The notes under the pieces are model-generated. The model worked only from the letters and a program-made list of their open reading frames with translations. It was not told the origin of the DNA and did no database searches. Position numbers and translations under genes: made by a program. Of a DNA stretch of 64,000 bases, positions 42,223-52,469 are shown piece after piece. Position 1 is the first letter of the stretch; the number at the start of each line of letters is the position of its first letter. Source of the DNA: Limnothrix sp. BL-A-16 (GTDB lineage Bacteria; Cyanobacteriota; Cyanobacteriia; CACIAM-69d); NCBI GenBank assembly GCA_041937175.2, contig CP166615.1:1088001-1152000 (forward strand), in the 5' to 3' direction.

Positions 42223-43935
42223 TTGAATCATCGCTGGCTGGTCAAATTTGGGAACATTGCGCAACCCGGCTCCCGAGGAGAACTGGTCGGGGCCATTATT
42301 TTTGTGGCGATCGCCTACGGACTTGCGGCCTATGTGGCCGTCTCCCTACCAGGTCTGCACCAAATTGGCACAGCGGTTTGGCCGGCGGCCGGCATTGCCC
42401 AAGCGGCCCTGATGTTGGGTGGTTTTCGGCTGTGGCCGGCGATCGCCATTGGCATCAATTTCTATGACCTGATCCACCCGGGAATCACGATTCCCCTGTT
42501 GGGACTGTTTGGCTGCACGGGTGCAACGGTTCAGGCTGTCCTGGGAGTGTGGCTATTTCGGCGGCTGGGGGGCAGCAATGTGTTCGATCGGGTGTCGAAT
42601 GTGCTGAAGTTTTTGGTCAGCAGCGTGCTGATTGCCCCCCAAATTAATTGCACCTGCGGTGTGTTGGCCCTGTGCTTGACCGGTAACTTGCCTTGGTCGG
42701 AGTTTGCAACGGTGCGTTGGGGCTGGTTTTTGGGCGATGCCATGGGCGTATTGGTCTTTGTGCCGCTGATTTTGATGGTGGCCCAACTCCAGCGGCAAGA
42801 TTGGCAACGAATCACGCAACTGCGCCCACATAAAAGCACGCGTCGATCGCTGCTGCGCACCCTCTGGCTCGGGCTATTACTCGGCAGCAGCGGCATCGTC
42901 TTTTGGGCCCAAACGGAGGCGGATATTGCCCGCTATCCTTTGGAATATTTGCCTTTTCCCCTGGTGGTGTGGGCGGGGATGCAGTTTGGGCCAAGGGCCG
43001 CAGCGGTGGGGTCATTTCTGATTTCAGCGATCGCGATCGGGGGCACGGCCTTTGGGATGGGCCCCTTTGTGGCCAAAGCCAGCAGCACCCAACAGGCGGT
43101 GCTGTTTTTGCAGGCCTTTTTGGGTGTAATCACGATTACTTCGATGGTGTTGTCGGCGGCGGAATCCGAGCGCTCCCGCTCGGCGCGATCGCTCGCCGCT
43201 CTCAACCGTGAACTAGAGCAGCGCGTGGCTCGCCGTACCGCCCAACTGGCGGCCCAGACCGAGCGGATCAACGACCTGTTACACAACATCTTGCCCGCTG
43301 GCGTGGCGGAACAACTGGCCAGCGGCTCCCAAACCGTGGCGGAAACCTTTAACGATGTGACTGTTTTGTTTGCGGACATCGTGGATTTCACCAGCTTTGC
43401 CGCCCAGCATCCGCCCACGGTGGTGGTGCAATTCCTGAATGATGTGTTTTGCACCTTCGATGACTTGGTGGAGCAATATGGCCTGGAAAAAATCAAGACG
43501 ATCGGGGATGCCTACATGGTAGTGGGCGGTGTGCCCAAGCCCCGATCGAACAGTGCCTTTGCGATCGCCCATTTAGCCCTGGCCATGCAACAGGCGATCG
43601 GGCAATATCGCAAGCCCGATGGCAGCCCCTTTCGGTTGCGGATCGGGATCCACAGCGGCAGCGCCGTGGCTGGAGTGATTGGCATGAAAAAGCTGGTCTA
43701 TGACCTGTGGGGCGACACGGTGAATGTGGCCAGCCGGATGGAAACCCTGGGGCAGCCGGGCCGAATCCAGGTCAGCCAAGCCGCCTTCGATCGCCTGCAC
43801 AGCTATTTCCACTTGGAGCAACGGGGCACAATTGCTGTGAAGGGCAAAGGCGAAATGATCACCTATTGGTTAATCGGTGAACTCAGCAGCCACCAAGAGT
43901 CAGATCCTGATTTGCATCCACATCCCCCGTCATGA
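42223..43935 (+). CDS. MASE1-domain class III adenylate cyclase
   Basis: VWPAAG and W..GDAMG MASE1 motifs; LFADIVDFT, KIKTIGDAYM, YDLWGDTVNVASRME. Confidence 0.92.
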   Translation: MNHRWLVKFGNIAQPGSRGELVGAIIFVAIAYGLAAYVAVSLPGLHQIGTAVWPAAGIAQAALMLGGFRLWPAIAIGINFYDLIHPGITIPLLGLFGCTGATVQAVLGVWLFRRLGGSNVFDRVSNVLKFLVSSVLIAPQINCTCGVLALCLTGNLPWSEFATVRWGWFLGDAMGVLVFVPLILMVAQLQRQDWQRITQLRPHKSTRRSLLRTLWLGLLLGSSGIVFWAQTEADIARYPLEYLPFPLVVWAGMQFGPRAAAVGSFLISAIAIGGTAFGMGPFVAKASSTQQAVLFLQAFLGVITITSMVLSAAESERSRSARSLAALNRELEQRVARRTAQLAAQTERINDLLHNILPAGVAEQLASGSQTVAETFNDVTVLFADIVDFTSFAAQHPPTVVVQFLNDVFCTFDDLVEQYGLEKIKTIGDAYMVVGGVPKPRSNSAFAIAHLALAMQQAIGQYRKPDGSPFRLRIGIHSGSAVAGVIGMKKLVYDLWGDTVNVASRMETLGQPGRIQVSQAAFDRLHSYFHLEQRGTIAVKGKGEMITYWLIGELSSHQESDPDLHPHPPS

Positions 43936-43980
43936 GCTACTGCTTAAACCCCCGTTGCACTGCCCCCGAAAATGGCGATG

Positions 43981-44442
43981 CTAGTTCAGCGTTGCGGCCC
44001 CAAAGGTGGCATTGAACTGTTGGCACCAAATGGCCACGGATTGGTACTGCGCCAAATTGAGATTGTTGGGGATCACGTAACGTTGGGAACCGGAGGTTTT
44101 TTGCAACGCACTCAACACCACGTACTGGCCTTCCGTCAGTTGCATTCCCGGTCGAGCGGATCGATGCAACACCACCTTCAGAGCTGGGCCATTGTCACTG
44201 CGGAAGTTGTTGCCAAATTCCAAAATCTTCTGAGAGCCTTCCATGACGATTCGGGCTGTGCCTTGGGTGGGATGCTCCAGGGCCATGAAGTTTCCGGACT
44301 TGAGCACCCTTGCTGATTGCTTGGGCAGGGTGATGCGGCTTTGCTGGGCTAGGGTGGCAGAGGGGCTTTGTGCAACGGCCATGGAAGCAACCGGGGCGAT
44401 CGCGCTCATAGCCAAAACCAACGCTACAACAGTCCGTTTCAT
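43981..44442 (-). CDS. Secreted DM13-domain protein
   Basis: Signal peptide; HPTQG, GPALKVVL, SGSQRYVIP, VAIWCQQFNATFG. Confidence 0.9.
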   Translation of the reverse strand: MKRTVVALVLAMSAIAPVASMAVAQSPSATLAQQSRITLPKQSARVLKSGNFMALEHPTQGTARIVMEGSQKILEFGNNFRSDNGPALKVVLHRSARPGMQLTEGQYVVLSALQKTSGSQRYVIPNNLNLAQYQSVAIWCQQFNATFGAATLN

Positions 44443-44768
44443 AACGATTCAGTCCTCGGAACCTAAAGATTGGGTCGCTGAAAAATCTGGCGTGGCGGCG
44501 GCAAGGTAGCAATCCTGAGGAATCCACAGGGTCTCTACACAACACCCGTGCAACATTTCCACAGGATCTCTACACAACAAGGTTTGAGGCGATCGCGCTG
44601 GTTGGGGTTGCTGGGTTGCCTGTCCACATTTACCAAGGTAGACGGGCAAGATGAGTCCCAGATGAGTGGGAAATGAGGCGCGGCGATCGGGTCGATCGAG
44701 TGGTTGATTGCTCTGCAAATTCGCTAGTGCTCAATGCGGCCAGCCCATCACCCTCGAGGTCTTAAGCC

Positions 44769-45947
44769 TCAAACCTTCAGGAACCAGCCCCGGCGATAGA
44801 ACCCATACATGGCCAGCCACCACAGCAGCACCATGGCGATCGCAAATAGCAACGAGCCGCTCATGGGGCCTGCCCAGGAAGCAAACAGGGTTTGATAGAG
44901 CCATTGATAGGTGCTGGGGGCATCGGGGCCACTGCCAATGTGGGTGCGGTTCAGCAGCCGCCCCACCAACCCGGAACCCACAAAAGCCGCGATCGCGTTC
45001 ATTCCAAAAATTTCAAAGGGGCGGCTAATGCCGTGGGCGCGCCGAATTTCCGTGAGAGCATAGCACCCCGCAAGCAAGACGATCGACCAACCGGCGGCAT
45101 AGAGCGCATAGGAACTGGTCCAAAGTTGCTTATTTAGCGGTAATGCCAAATCCCAAAGCCGACCCAGGGCGATCGCCCCTACGCCGGCCCCCGTCAAGCG
45201 CCAGGCGGTTAGGGCTTTGATGGGCTGGGTTTTCAGCCACTGCACCGCCCAATAGCCCGCGAGGGTGGATCCGATCGCGGGGATGGTGCTCAACAGCCCT
45301 TCCGGGTCAAAGGCCACGGTTTGTTGATTCAGGGTGAGTTGGTAAAGATGACTTGCGCCGAGCAGGGTTCGATCGACCCAACCGACGATCGACCCATCGG
45401 GCGTGAGCGGCGTGGTGCTCAACAGGGCCCAATAGCCCAACCACAGGCCCGCCACGGCGATCGCTTGGGCCCGTCGAGAGCAGTGCAAAACCAGGAGCGC
45501 CGAAGCACCATAGGCCAGGGCAATTCGCTGCAAAACGCCCAAAATTCGCCACTTTTCCCACAGGAGCGGGGCCCCTTCAAACCAAGTTCGCATCAACAGG
45601 GTGGAGGCATTCAGGGCTAAACCTAAGCCAAATAAAATCAGTACCCGTTGCAGCAATTTGCGATGGATTTGTCGCTGCTGGGGGCGATCGAGTGGGGCCT
45701 TTTCCGCCACACGCCCCAAGGAGAAGGCCATGGCTCCCCCAATCACGAACAAAAACAGCGGAAAGACCAAATCCGTGGGCGTGAATCCGTGCCACTCGGC
45801 GTGGAGCAGGGGGGGATAAACCTGGGCCCAACTGCCCGGATTGTTCACCAAAATCATGGCGGCGATCGCCAGGCCCCGCAGCAGGTCTAAGCATCGAAAC
45901 CTTGGGGGTTTGGTAGGTTCGGCGGGCAAAGGGCGATCGACCGTCAT
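44769..45947 (-). CDS. HGSNAT/NagX-like membrane acyltransferase (DUF5009/DUF1624)
   Basis: LDLLRGLAIAAMILVN, HAEWHG...DLVFPLFLF, GVLQRIA, DPEG, NKQLWTSSY. Confidence 0.88.
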   Translation of the reverse strand: MTVDRPLPAEPTKPPRFRCLDLLRGLAIAAMILVNNPGSWAQVYPPLLHAEWHGFTPTDLVFPLFLFVIGGAMAFSLGRVAEKAPLDRPQQRQIHRKLLQRVLILFGLGLALNASTLLMRTWFEGAPLLWEKWRILGVLQRIALAYGASALLVLHCSRRAQAIAVAGLWLGYWALLSTTPLTPDGSIVGWVDRTLLGASHLYQLTLNQQTVAFDPEGLLSTIPAIGSTLAGYWAVQWLKTQPIKALTAWRLTGAGVGAIALGRLWDLALPLNKQLWTSSYALYAAGWSIVLLAGCYALTEIRRAHGISRPFEIFGMNAIAAFVGSGLVGRLLNRTHIGSGPDAPSTYQWLYQTLFASWAGPMSGSLLFAIAMVLLWWLAMYGFYRRGWFLKV

Positions 45948-46238
45948 AGCAAAACCGGTGGGCAATCAACCGGCGCAAACAACTGAAAGCAAGAATACAA
46001 ACTTGCGATACCAGCTTGCGATACTGGCTTGCGATACCGGTTAGGGGCGATTCATTAGCAATGGATCAGCCACTGAAAGCCGGGTGCTAGGCTGGACGGG
46101 AGGAATGGGCGATCGGGCCCCGGTTGAGCTTTCATTCAGCCATCCCAATTGGCCAGTTCCCGATTCAAATCCCGATTCAAATTCCAACCCCAGTCCCGAC
46201 CCGCGTGCAAACCCGCGTCCTCACCTGATTTCCAACCT

Positions 46239-46484
46239 ATGAGCGAATTGCAAGACTCTGACCGTTTCACCCTGGCCGCGGGCGATCGGGTGCGGCTTGT
46301 GGCCCTGCCGCCCTACGTCAAAACGGCGGAACCGCTGCCAATGTTGCGGCCGCCATCGGTTTTGGCGATCGGGGATTTGGGGACGGTGCTGGGTTGTCGG
46401 CCCGGGAACTGTTGGGCCATTCGGTTTGCCAATGGGGCTTATCTGCTGACGGCGCAATATCTGGAACGGGTACAGACCCCCTGA
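46239..46484 (+). CDS. sipA: Regulatory protein SipA (DUF3148)
   Basis: GDRVRL...PPYVKTAEPLPMLRPP...G.W.IRF..GAYL. Confidence 0.88.
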   Translation: MSELQDSDRFTLAAGDRVRLVALPPYVKTAEPLPMLRPPSVLAIGDLGTVLGCRPGNCWAIRFANGAYLLTAQYLERVQTP

Positions 46485-46528
46485 ATGCTGAATCCCAATT
46501 CCTGAAGTAAATTTGCTGAATCTTCTGA

Positions 46529-46720
46529 GAGGATGTCTGAGAAGTCACTTGGGGGACTTGCGAAGGTGTTCGTAACCTTGGGGGCAAGGGGCTTAAGCCC
46601 CTTGTCTTCGTCGCTCGATGCAACGTTGCTTGATGCAACGTCGCTTGATGCAACGTCGCTTGATGCAACGTCGCTCGATGCAATCCACAAAGTAGTAGTT
46701 TGGGCTTTTCAGACATCCTC
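46529..46720. mobile_element. MITE (IS5/IS1031-like ends), 192 bp, carrying the REP-like palindrome and a 15-bp x5 repeat
   Basis: TIRs GAGGATGTCTGAGAAG...CTTTTCAGACATCCTC with TGA on both flanks. Palindrome at 46585-46604; repeat at 46609-46683. Confidence 0.85.
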
Positions 46721-46758
46721 TGAATTTTCTGATCCAATTGAGCTAGAGCAGAGACCAT

Positions 46759-47268
46759 ATGGGTGTCAGGGCGATCTATCCGGGGAGTTTTGACCCCATC
46801 ACCTTGGGGCATTTGGATATCATTGAGCGAGGCTGCCAACTGTTTGATCAGGTGATTGTGGCGGTGTTGCGCAATCCCAACAAACAACCCCTGTTCGAGG
46901 TGGCCCAACGGATTGAACTGATTGAGCGATCGACCAACCATTTAAGCAATGTTAAGGTCGATACCTTCAATGGTTTGACGGTGGAGTACGCTCGACAGCA
47001 AAAGGCAACCGTATTATTACGGGGATTGCGCGTGTTGTCGGATTTTGAGTACGAGCTGCAAATGGCCCATACCAACAAGACGCTCTCCGAGGCGATCGAG
47101 ACCGTCTTTTTGGCAACGCGCAATGAGTATAGTTTTTTGAGTAGTAGCTTGGTGAAAGAGATCGCCCGCTTTGGTGGCCCGGTCGATCGCCTCGTTCCCG
47201 ATCCTGTTGTTGCGGAGATTCAGCGATGTTTTCCTCAGATGCCTCTGGTTTCGCCCCCCAGCCCGTAG
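46759..47268 (+). CDS. coaD: Pantetheine-phosphate adenylyltransferase
   Basis: [37 protein letters not shown]. Confidence 0.98.
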   Translation: MGVRAIYPGSFDPITLGHLDIIERGCQLFDQVIVAVLRNPNKQPLFEVAQRIELIERSTNHLSNVKVDTFNGLTVEYARQQKATVLLRGLRVLSDFEYELQMAHTNKTLSEAIETVFLATRNEYSFLSSSLVKEIARFGGPVDRLVPDPVVAEIQRCFPQMPLVSPPSP

Positions 47269-47921
47269 CGGATTCGGCAGCTTCGGCGGCGGAACCGGCA
47301 GCGAATGAGACGCAATCGGCGGCGAATTCCCAGGGGCGATCGAGCGGCTTTGATGTGCAACGGGCCCTCGATCGGCTTGAAGAAATCGTGCTGGACAGTC
47401 CCCGCATTCCCTTTGGGCGACGCACGTTGGTGGATGAGGAAGTGTTGCTGGATCAACTGGATTCGGTGCGGCTGAATTTGCCCGCCGCCTTCCGGGAGGC
47501 CGAGGCGATCGTGCGGCAACGGGAGCAAATTCTCTTTGAAGCCCAGCAGCAGGCCAAAGACATCATCGAAGGGGCCAAACAGCAGGCCGCCCGCGCCATT
47601 TCCGAAACGGAGCTGGTGCGCCACGCCCAACTGGAGGCAGACTCGATTCGGCAGCAAGTGGAAGAAGAATGCCAGGCCGCGCGCGATCGGCTGCTGAATG
47701 AATTAGACCAAACGCGCCAGGCCGCCGCCGCTGAGCTGGAAGAAATGCGGCGGGCCGCCATTTCGGAATGCGAAGCGATTCAGGATGGGGCCGATGATTA
47801 TGCCGATCGGGTCTTGGGCAGCATTGAGCGGCAACTGGGCGACATGCTGCGGGTGATTCGCAACGGTCGCCAACAGTTACAGCAGGAAGCCGATCGCGCC
47901 ATGGGCAAATTGGGCAAATAG
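47226..47921 (+). CDS. cdv3: DivIVA-like coiled-coil cell division protein Cdv3
   Basis: [13 protein letters not shown]...DQLDSVR..LP and GADDYAD. Conserved position after coaD in cyanobacteria. Confidence 0.75.
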   Translation: MFSSDASGFAPQPVADSAASAAEPAANETQSAANSQGRSSGFDVQRALDRLEEIVLDSPRIPFGRRTLVDEEVLLDQLDSVRLNLPAAFREAEAIVRQREQILFEAQQQAKDIIEGAKQQAARAISETELVRHAQLEADSIRQQVEEECQAARDRLLNELDQTRQAAAAELEEMRRAAISECEAIQDGADDYADRVLGSIERQLGDMLRVIRNGRQQLQQEADRAMGKLGK

Positions 47922-47944
47922 CCAAAACCCGTGCGGAGTTGCCC

Positions 47945-48718
47945 CTAATTGCTCAGCTCGCCGTCTTCCAGGTGGGCCACCCGATCGGCAATGTCTATAA
48001 TCCGGGGATCGTGGGTCACAATCACGATCGTGCTGCCATCTTCCTTGGCCAAACTCCGCAACAGTTCCATCACCCCGTGACCATTGCGGGAGTCCAACGC
48101 GGCCGTTGGTTCATCGGCCAAAATCAGCGGTGGATGGCCCGCCAAGGCCCGGGCGATCGCCACCCGTTGTTTTTCCCCACCCGACATCACCTTGGGCAGA
48201 TGATCCGCTCGATGGCTCAAGGCCACGCGATCGAGCAATTTGCGTGCCATCTTCTTAGCCTGGGGGCCGCGAATGCCCTTTAAATTCAGGGCCACTTCCA
48301 CGTTTTCCGCCGCCGACAGGGCCGGAAACAGATTGAACCCCTGAAACACAAATCCAATATTTTGGAGCCGGAAATTAGCCAACTGCTTGGGAGACAACTG
48401 GGTAATCGTCTGGCCCAGCAAATCCACATGGCCGCTGGTGGGGGTCAAAATGCCCGCCAAAATTGACAGCAGCGTGGTTTTGCCCGACCCCGACGGCCCC
48501 ATCAGCAATTGAATGTCCCCCCGCTTCACCCGCAGGCTCACATCCTTCAGCACATGGATGGCTTCATCGCCACCGCTGTAGCGCATGTCAACATGCCGCG
48601 CGTCGATCGCCCAAGTACAATCGCCTTTGCCCTCGTGGCAGCGATCGCGACGGATCAGGGGTGGCGACACCGGAGCGGTTAAAGCGGGCGCAGTCGTGAA
48701 ATTGGTAGACGCGGTCAT
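47945..48718 (-). CDS. ABC transporter ATP-binding protein (DevA/LolD-like)
   Basis: GPSGSGKTT, MSGGEKQRVAIARAL, ADEPT, VTHD. Confidence 0.95.
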   Translation of the reverse strand: MTASTNFTTAPALTAPVSPPLIRRDRCHEGKGDCTWAIDARHVDMRYSGGDEAIHVLKDVSLRVKRGDIQLLMGPSGSGKTTLLSILAGILTPTSGHVDLLGQTITQLSPKQLANFRLQNIGFVFQGFNLFPALSAAENVEVALNLKGIRGPQAKKMARKLLDRVALSHRADHLPKVMSGGEKQRVAIARALAGHPPLILADEPTAALDSRNGHGVMELLRSLAKEDGSTIVIVTHDPRIIDIADRVAHLEDGELSN

Positions 48719-49533
48719 GGGGGAAACGGCTGGTTTAAGGATGGGAGATGATACCGATTCGATCGAGGTGGGTGGTGGGGGTAGAGCTTAGTGTAAGCGG
48801 TTAACCGACCTAGCCGAGGTGACTAATCGATCAGTTCTTGGCGATCGGGAACAGGAGGCCCATTAACCACTTCATTAATTGTCTATAGCTCTCCATTTTA
48901 GAATTGTCTATTTTCAAGGTTGCCCAGGATTGGGGGAAACTTTGGGAATTCGCGACCCCAGGCGATCGATATTCCCAGTTTCAGCCACAGGGATCTGGTT
49001 ATTTCCGTCCATGACAGACAATTTCAGAAGCGGCTACAAAAATAGCCCAATGAGAAAAGCAAGCCAAAAGCAGGTCAAAAATCACTCACAGGCGACTCAA
49101 AAGCAAAGTTAATCAAAACATAGAGTAATCCTCAATTGCCGGAAGACACGAGATAAATAACTAAAATGATGACCAATAAAACAACCAGAGAAAGCATTGC
49201 ATTACAGGGCAGAAACGAGAAAATATAGAAATAATATTAAAGCAATCTTAAGTTGATTTTCAAAGAATGAGAAAACGATAATAAAACAAAGATTAGGCAA
49301 TGGGGCGATCGATTAGTTCCTGGTTGATTTTCTAATTGATTTACTCTGATTGACTCAAAAATGCTGATTGATATGAATTGCGAATCATTAAAACCGCAAA
49401 CACCTACGAATGACCGATCAGCAACTCATGCAAAACCAGTTCATGATTAATAAATCACTCATGAATGGCTAAGGATGGGGCACAGACTGATTGATCGCAT
49501 CTTAGCGCAATCGCCGGATCATGATGACTCTTT

Positions 49534-50775
49534 CTAAGCCTTGAAAACCACAGCGGGGTCAATGCGATTAACCTTTTGAATGGCAAACAGGGCCGAACTG
49601 ACGCACATCACCACCGTCACGCCAAAGGTCAAAAAGGCGCTAAGGGGCGTAATGGCAATGACAACACCGGCTGTGGTGGCAAATTGCGCCACACCCACGC
49701 AGAGGCCGATGCCGGGTAAGTATCCCAAGACTGCCATCCAAAGGGACTGTTCAACAATAATGCCGCGCAAAACCCAACTGGAAGCGCCCATGGCCTTGAG
49801 GGTGGCGAATTCGCGGACGCGCTCGCTGGCGGAGGCGTAAAGAATTTGGCCCACGATCGCGATGCCCACGATCGCCCCGACGATCGCCCCGAGGGTCAAG
49901 ATAAACCCCACCCCCGTGCGATCGCGCCAGTAGGTTTGCGAGAGGCGGGATAATTCCGCGCGGGTGAAGGCTCGGGAGTCTGGCAAGGCTGCTTCAATGC
50001 GGTGTTGGAGATCTGGGATCGAGCTGCCCGGCTTGGCCCGCACCAAAATAAAGTTCACCGGGTCGGACGCATTGAGCGATCGAGGTGGTACGGGGCGATC
50101 GGCTCCGGTGGGCTTGGGGCTGACCCGATTCACACAATCCAGCCCCCCATCGGGCTGCACACTACAGGTCAACCGCGATTCCCGTCCGGCACTCAGCAGA
50201 CTGTTGGCCGACACGGTGGACATAAACAAAAACGGGCTGAACACGATCGATTGCAACCCTTGACCCACCGCGCCCACTTGCAATGGGGTGGAACCCACCG
50301 TGCCCCGATCGCCCACCCGCGACAGCCCCAACTTCCGAAGGTTCGTCACGTCAGTGATCACTCGGTAGGGTTGTTGAACTTCGGTTGCCCGGCCCTGGGT
50401 CAGGTTCCAGGGTTGAAATAACACCCCATCCGGTTGATAGCCCAAGGTAATCACCGACTCAATCCGATTGTTGGGGGCGCGCCACAGCACTTTGCCAAAA
50501 ATCAACGGTTCCGCCCGTTCCACCCCCGCCAACCGCTGGACACGGCTCAGGTGGTCAAAGGACAGGGGCAGGGTCAGTTCCAAATGCACCAAGTCCTTGG
50601 ATGTGACCCAAATATCGGCCTTGGAGCGATCGACCAGCAGCGATGTGGATTCCGTGAAACCGCGAAACACGCCCGTTTGGATGGTCACCAGGCTCACGGC
50701 AAACAGAATTCCCGCTTGGGCCACCAACAGGCGCGGAATATCTTCAAAGAGGTTTTTACGGGCGATCGAGGGCAT
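49534..50775 (-). CDS. ABC transporter permease (DevC/FtsX-like)
   Basis: ARKNL...GILFAV, ADIWV, REFATLKAMGAS, DPAVVF. Confidence 0.92.
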   Translation of the reverse strand: MPSIARKNLFEDIPRLLVAQAGILFAVSLVTIQTGVFRGFTESTSLLVDRSKADIWVTSKDLVHLELTLPLSFDHLSRVQRLAGVERAEPLIFGKVLWRAPNNRIESVITLGYQPDGVLFQPWNLTQGRATEVQQPYRVITDVTNLRKLGLSRVGDRGTVGSTPLQVGAVGQGLQSIVFSPFLFMSTVSANSLLSAGRESRLTCSVQPDGGLDCVNRVSPKPTGADRPVPPRSLNASDPVNFILVRAKPGSSIPDLQHRIEAALPDSRAFTRAELSRLSQTYWRDRTGVGFILTLGAIVGAIVGIAIVGQILYASASERVREFATLKAMGASSWVLRGIIVEQSLWMAVLGYLPGIGLCVGVAQFATTAGVVIAITPLSAFLTFGVTVVMCVSSALFAIQKVNRIDPAVVFKA

Positions 50776-51109
50776 AGACCACCTAAAAAAGAATCGCCAA
50801 GCAGTTCATCGCCTGTGAAATCAATCATCGATCAGAGTGCCGCCAGAATGCCGCCAAAGTGCCGCCAGCTCCGGTCAATAATCCCGATGGAATTGGAACC
50901 GGTTAGGGGCGCAGGTTAGCAGCGTGACTTGTGGGCACGGGTTAGCGGCAATCCGCCCAATCCGCTCAATCAACCTCATCCGACAACCTCATCAGACCCA
51001 GCAATCAGCGCCATCAGAATCAAGAGATGCGCGCCAACGACCGGAGCGGATAAGCTAGGTGTTCTAGTCAGTTTTTTGTATTGCAGTTTTGACGGTTCAT
51101 CGACAGCAG

Positions 51110-51625
51110 ATGCGTCCCAAATTAACAGATTTAAACGATTGGTATCGGGCTGAGTTACTGATGCAGCCAGCCTTCCTGCGAACGATCGACAACATTCGCA
51201 AGCAACTGGAATCTTCCGGCTGGAAAGGAACCTACGAAGAATTTCCCGTCTTTCCCTACGGCACGTCTGAAGAAATCCAAACCCGCGTTACCCTTTTGCA
51301 GCAAGAGTTAACCACCGCCAGCGGCGAACGAGCAGCGGAAATTACGGCGGCGTTGGATGACTTGCCGCAACCCTATCCGGGCTATTGGTTCACCCTGGAG
51401 CACGATGGCCAGTCCACCCGCGTTGACGTGTGGGAACTGTGCTACAGCATTTGCTTCCGCGACTACCAAGCCCTCAGTACCCTCAGCGCGGGCGATGAGG
51501 TGATAGTCACCATTGATTTGGACTTGATTGGGGAGGATGGGGATGTGGACTGGCATCGGCTGGATGAAAAAGCCCAACGGGTGGTGGCGCAAGTGTTCGA
51601 TCGCCTAGCGAGCGCAATCAACTAG
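51110..51625 (+). CDS. Conserved cyanobacterial hypothetical protein
   Basis: AELLMQPAFLRTIDNIRKQLE..W.G.Y and DVWELCY..CF. Confidence 0.75.
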   Translation: MRPKLTDLNDWYRAELLMQPAFLRTIDNIRKQLESSGWKGTYEEFPVFPYGTSEEIQTRVTLLQQELTTASGERAAEITAALDDLPQPYPGYWFTLEHDGQSTRVDVWELCYSICFRDYQALSTLSAGDEVIVTIDLDLIGEDGDVDWHRLDEKAQRVVAQVFDRLASAIN

Positions 51626-51713
51626 CCCTGGATCCGCAATCGATCTGCAATCAATTCGCAATCAACTCGTTGCTGGCTGCGTGGGTTTCATGGGGTGGCA
51701 GGCTCCTTTGGCC

Positions 51714-52085
51714 CTAGCGCAACGAGTTCAGGTCGATCGCCCCCACGCCGCCCCGTTGAATTTGGCGCAAAATAATCCCAAACTGCCACCAAACCGTGAA
51801 CGCTCCGCCCACCGCCACCGGCAGGGAAAGTTTATAGGACAGGGCGATCGGAAACGCGAAGCACTGCAACGTGGCCGCCAAAAAAAAGCCAGCCCCGCCG
51901 GCCATTCCCACAAACGGGAGCCACAATTCAGGCCCTTTCATGGCCGCCGGATCCCGATCGGGCGACTTGAGCCAAACCCGGCCCTGCTCGCGCAAACTCC
52001 TAGCAAAGGCCAACCCCGACAGCGCTCCCGCCGCAACCCCGGCCGCCAACAACACGTAGGGCGATCCGCCGCTGGTGTAATCCAT
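51714..52085 (-). CDS. Small membrane protein (3 TM)
   Basis: Hydrophobic helices; pattern resembles a conserved cyanobacterial hypothetical protein. Confidence 0.7.
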   Translation of the reverse strand: MDYTSGGSPYVLLAAGVAAGALSGLAFARSLREQGRVWLKSPDRDPAAMKGPELWLPFVGMAGGAGFFLAATLQCFAFPIALSYKLSLPVAVGGAFTVWWQFGIILRQIQRGGVGAIDLNSLR

Positions 52086-52469
52086 TGTTTCTATTAATGA
52101 CGTTCAAAGCTTATATTCCAAGGCGTTTATTCTATCGTCTCTATTGCCAATGTAGACTAGATGAGAACGATGGGTGTTATCTCCAACCGAATGGGTTCAG
52201 GCTCACGGAACCCAACCCAACCAGCATGGCCCCACAGACCACAAGTCTCGCAATTCTCAACGTTGCCAGTGGTCACGGTGGGGGGTAACTTTGTGCTTGT
52301 CTGCGTCTAGTAAGTTTTGGCCCCACCCGATCGCACGGAAGCTACGGTGATTGGCTCAGGGGGAAAGTTACCGTTGACTAACAGCGGGGGAAGCGGGAAA
52401 TTTTCTAAATTCATCGAAAAATTCATCGAATTCAACAAATTCACCGATCGCCCGTGAGGATTCGTATCT

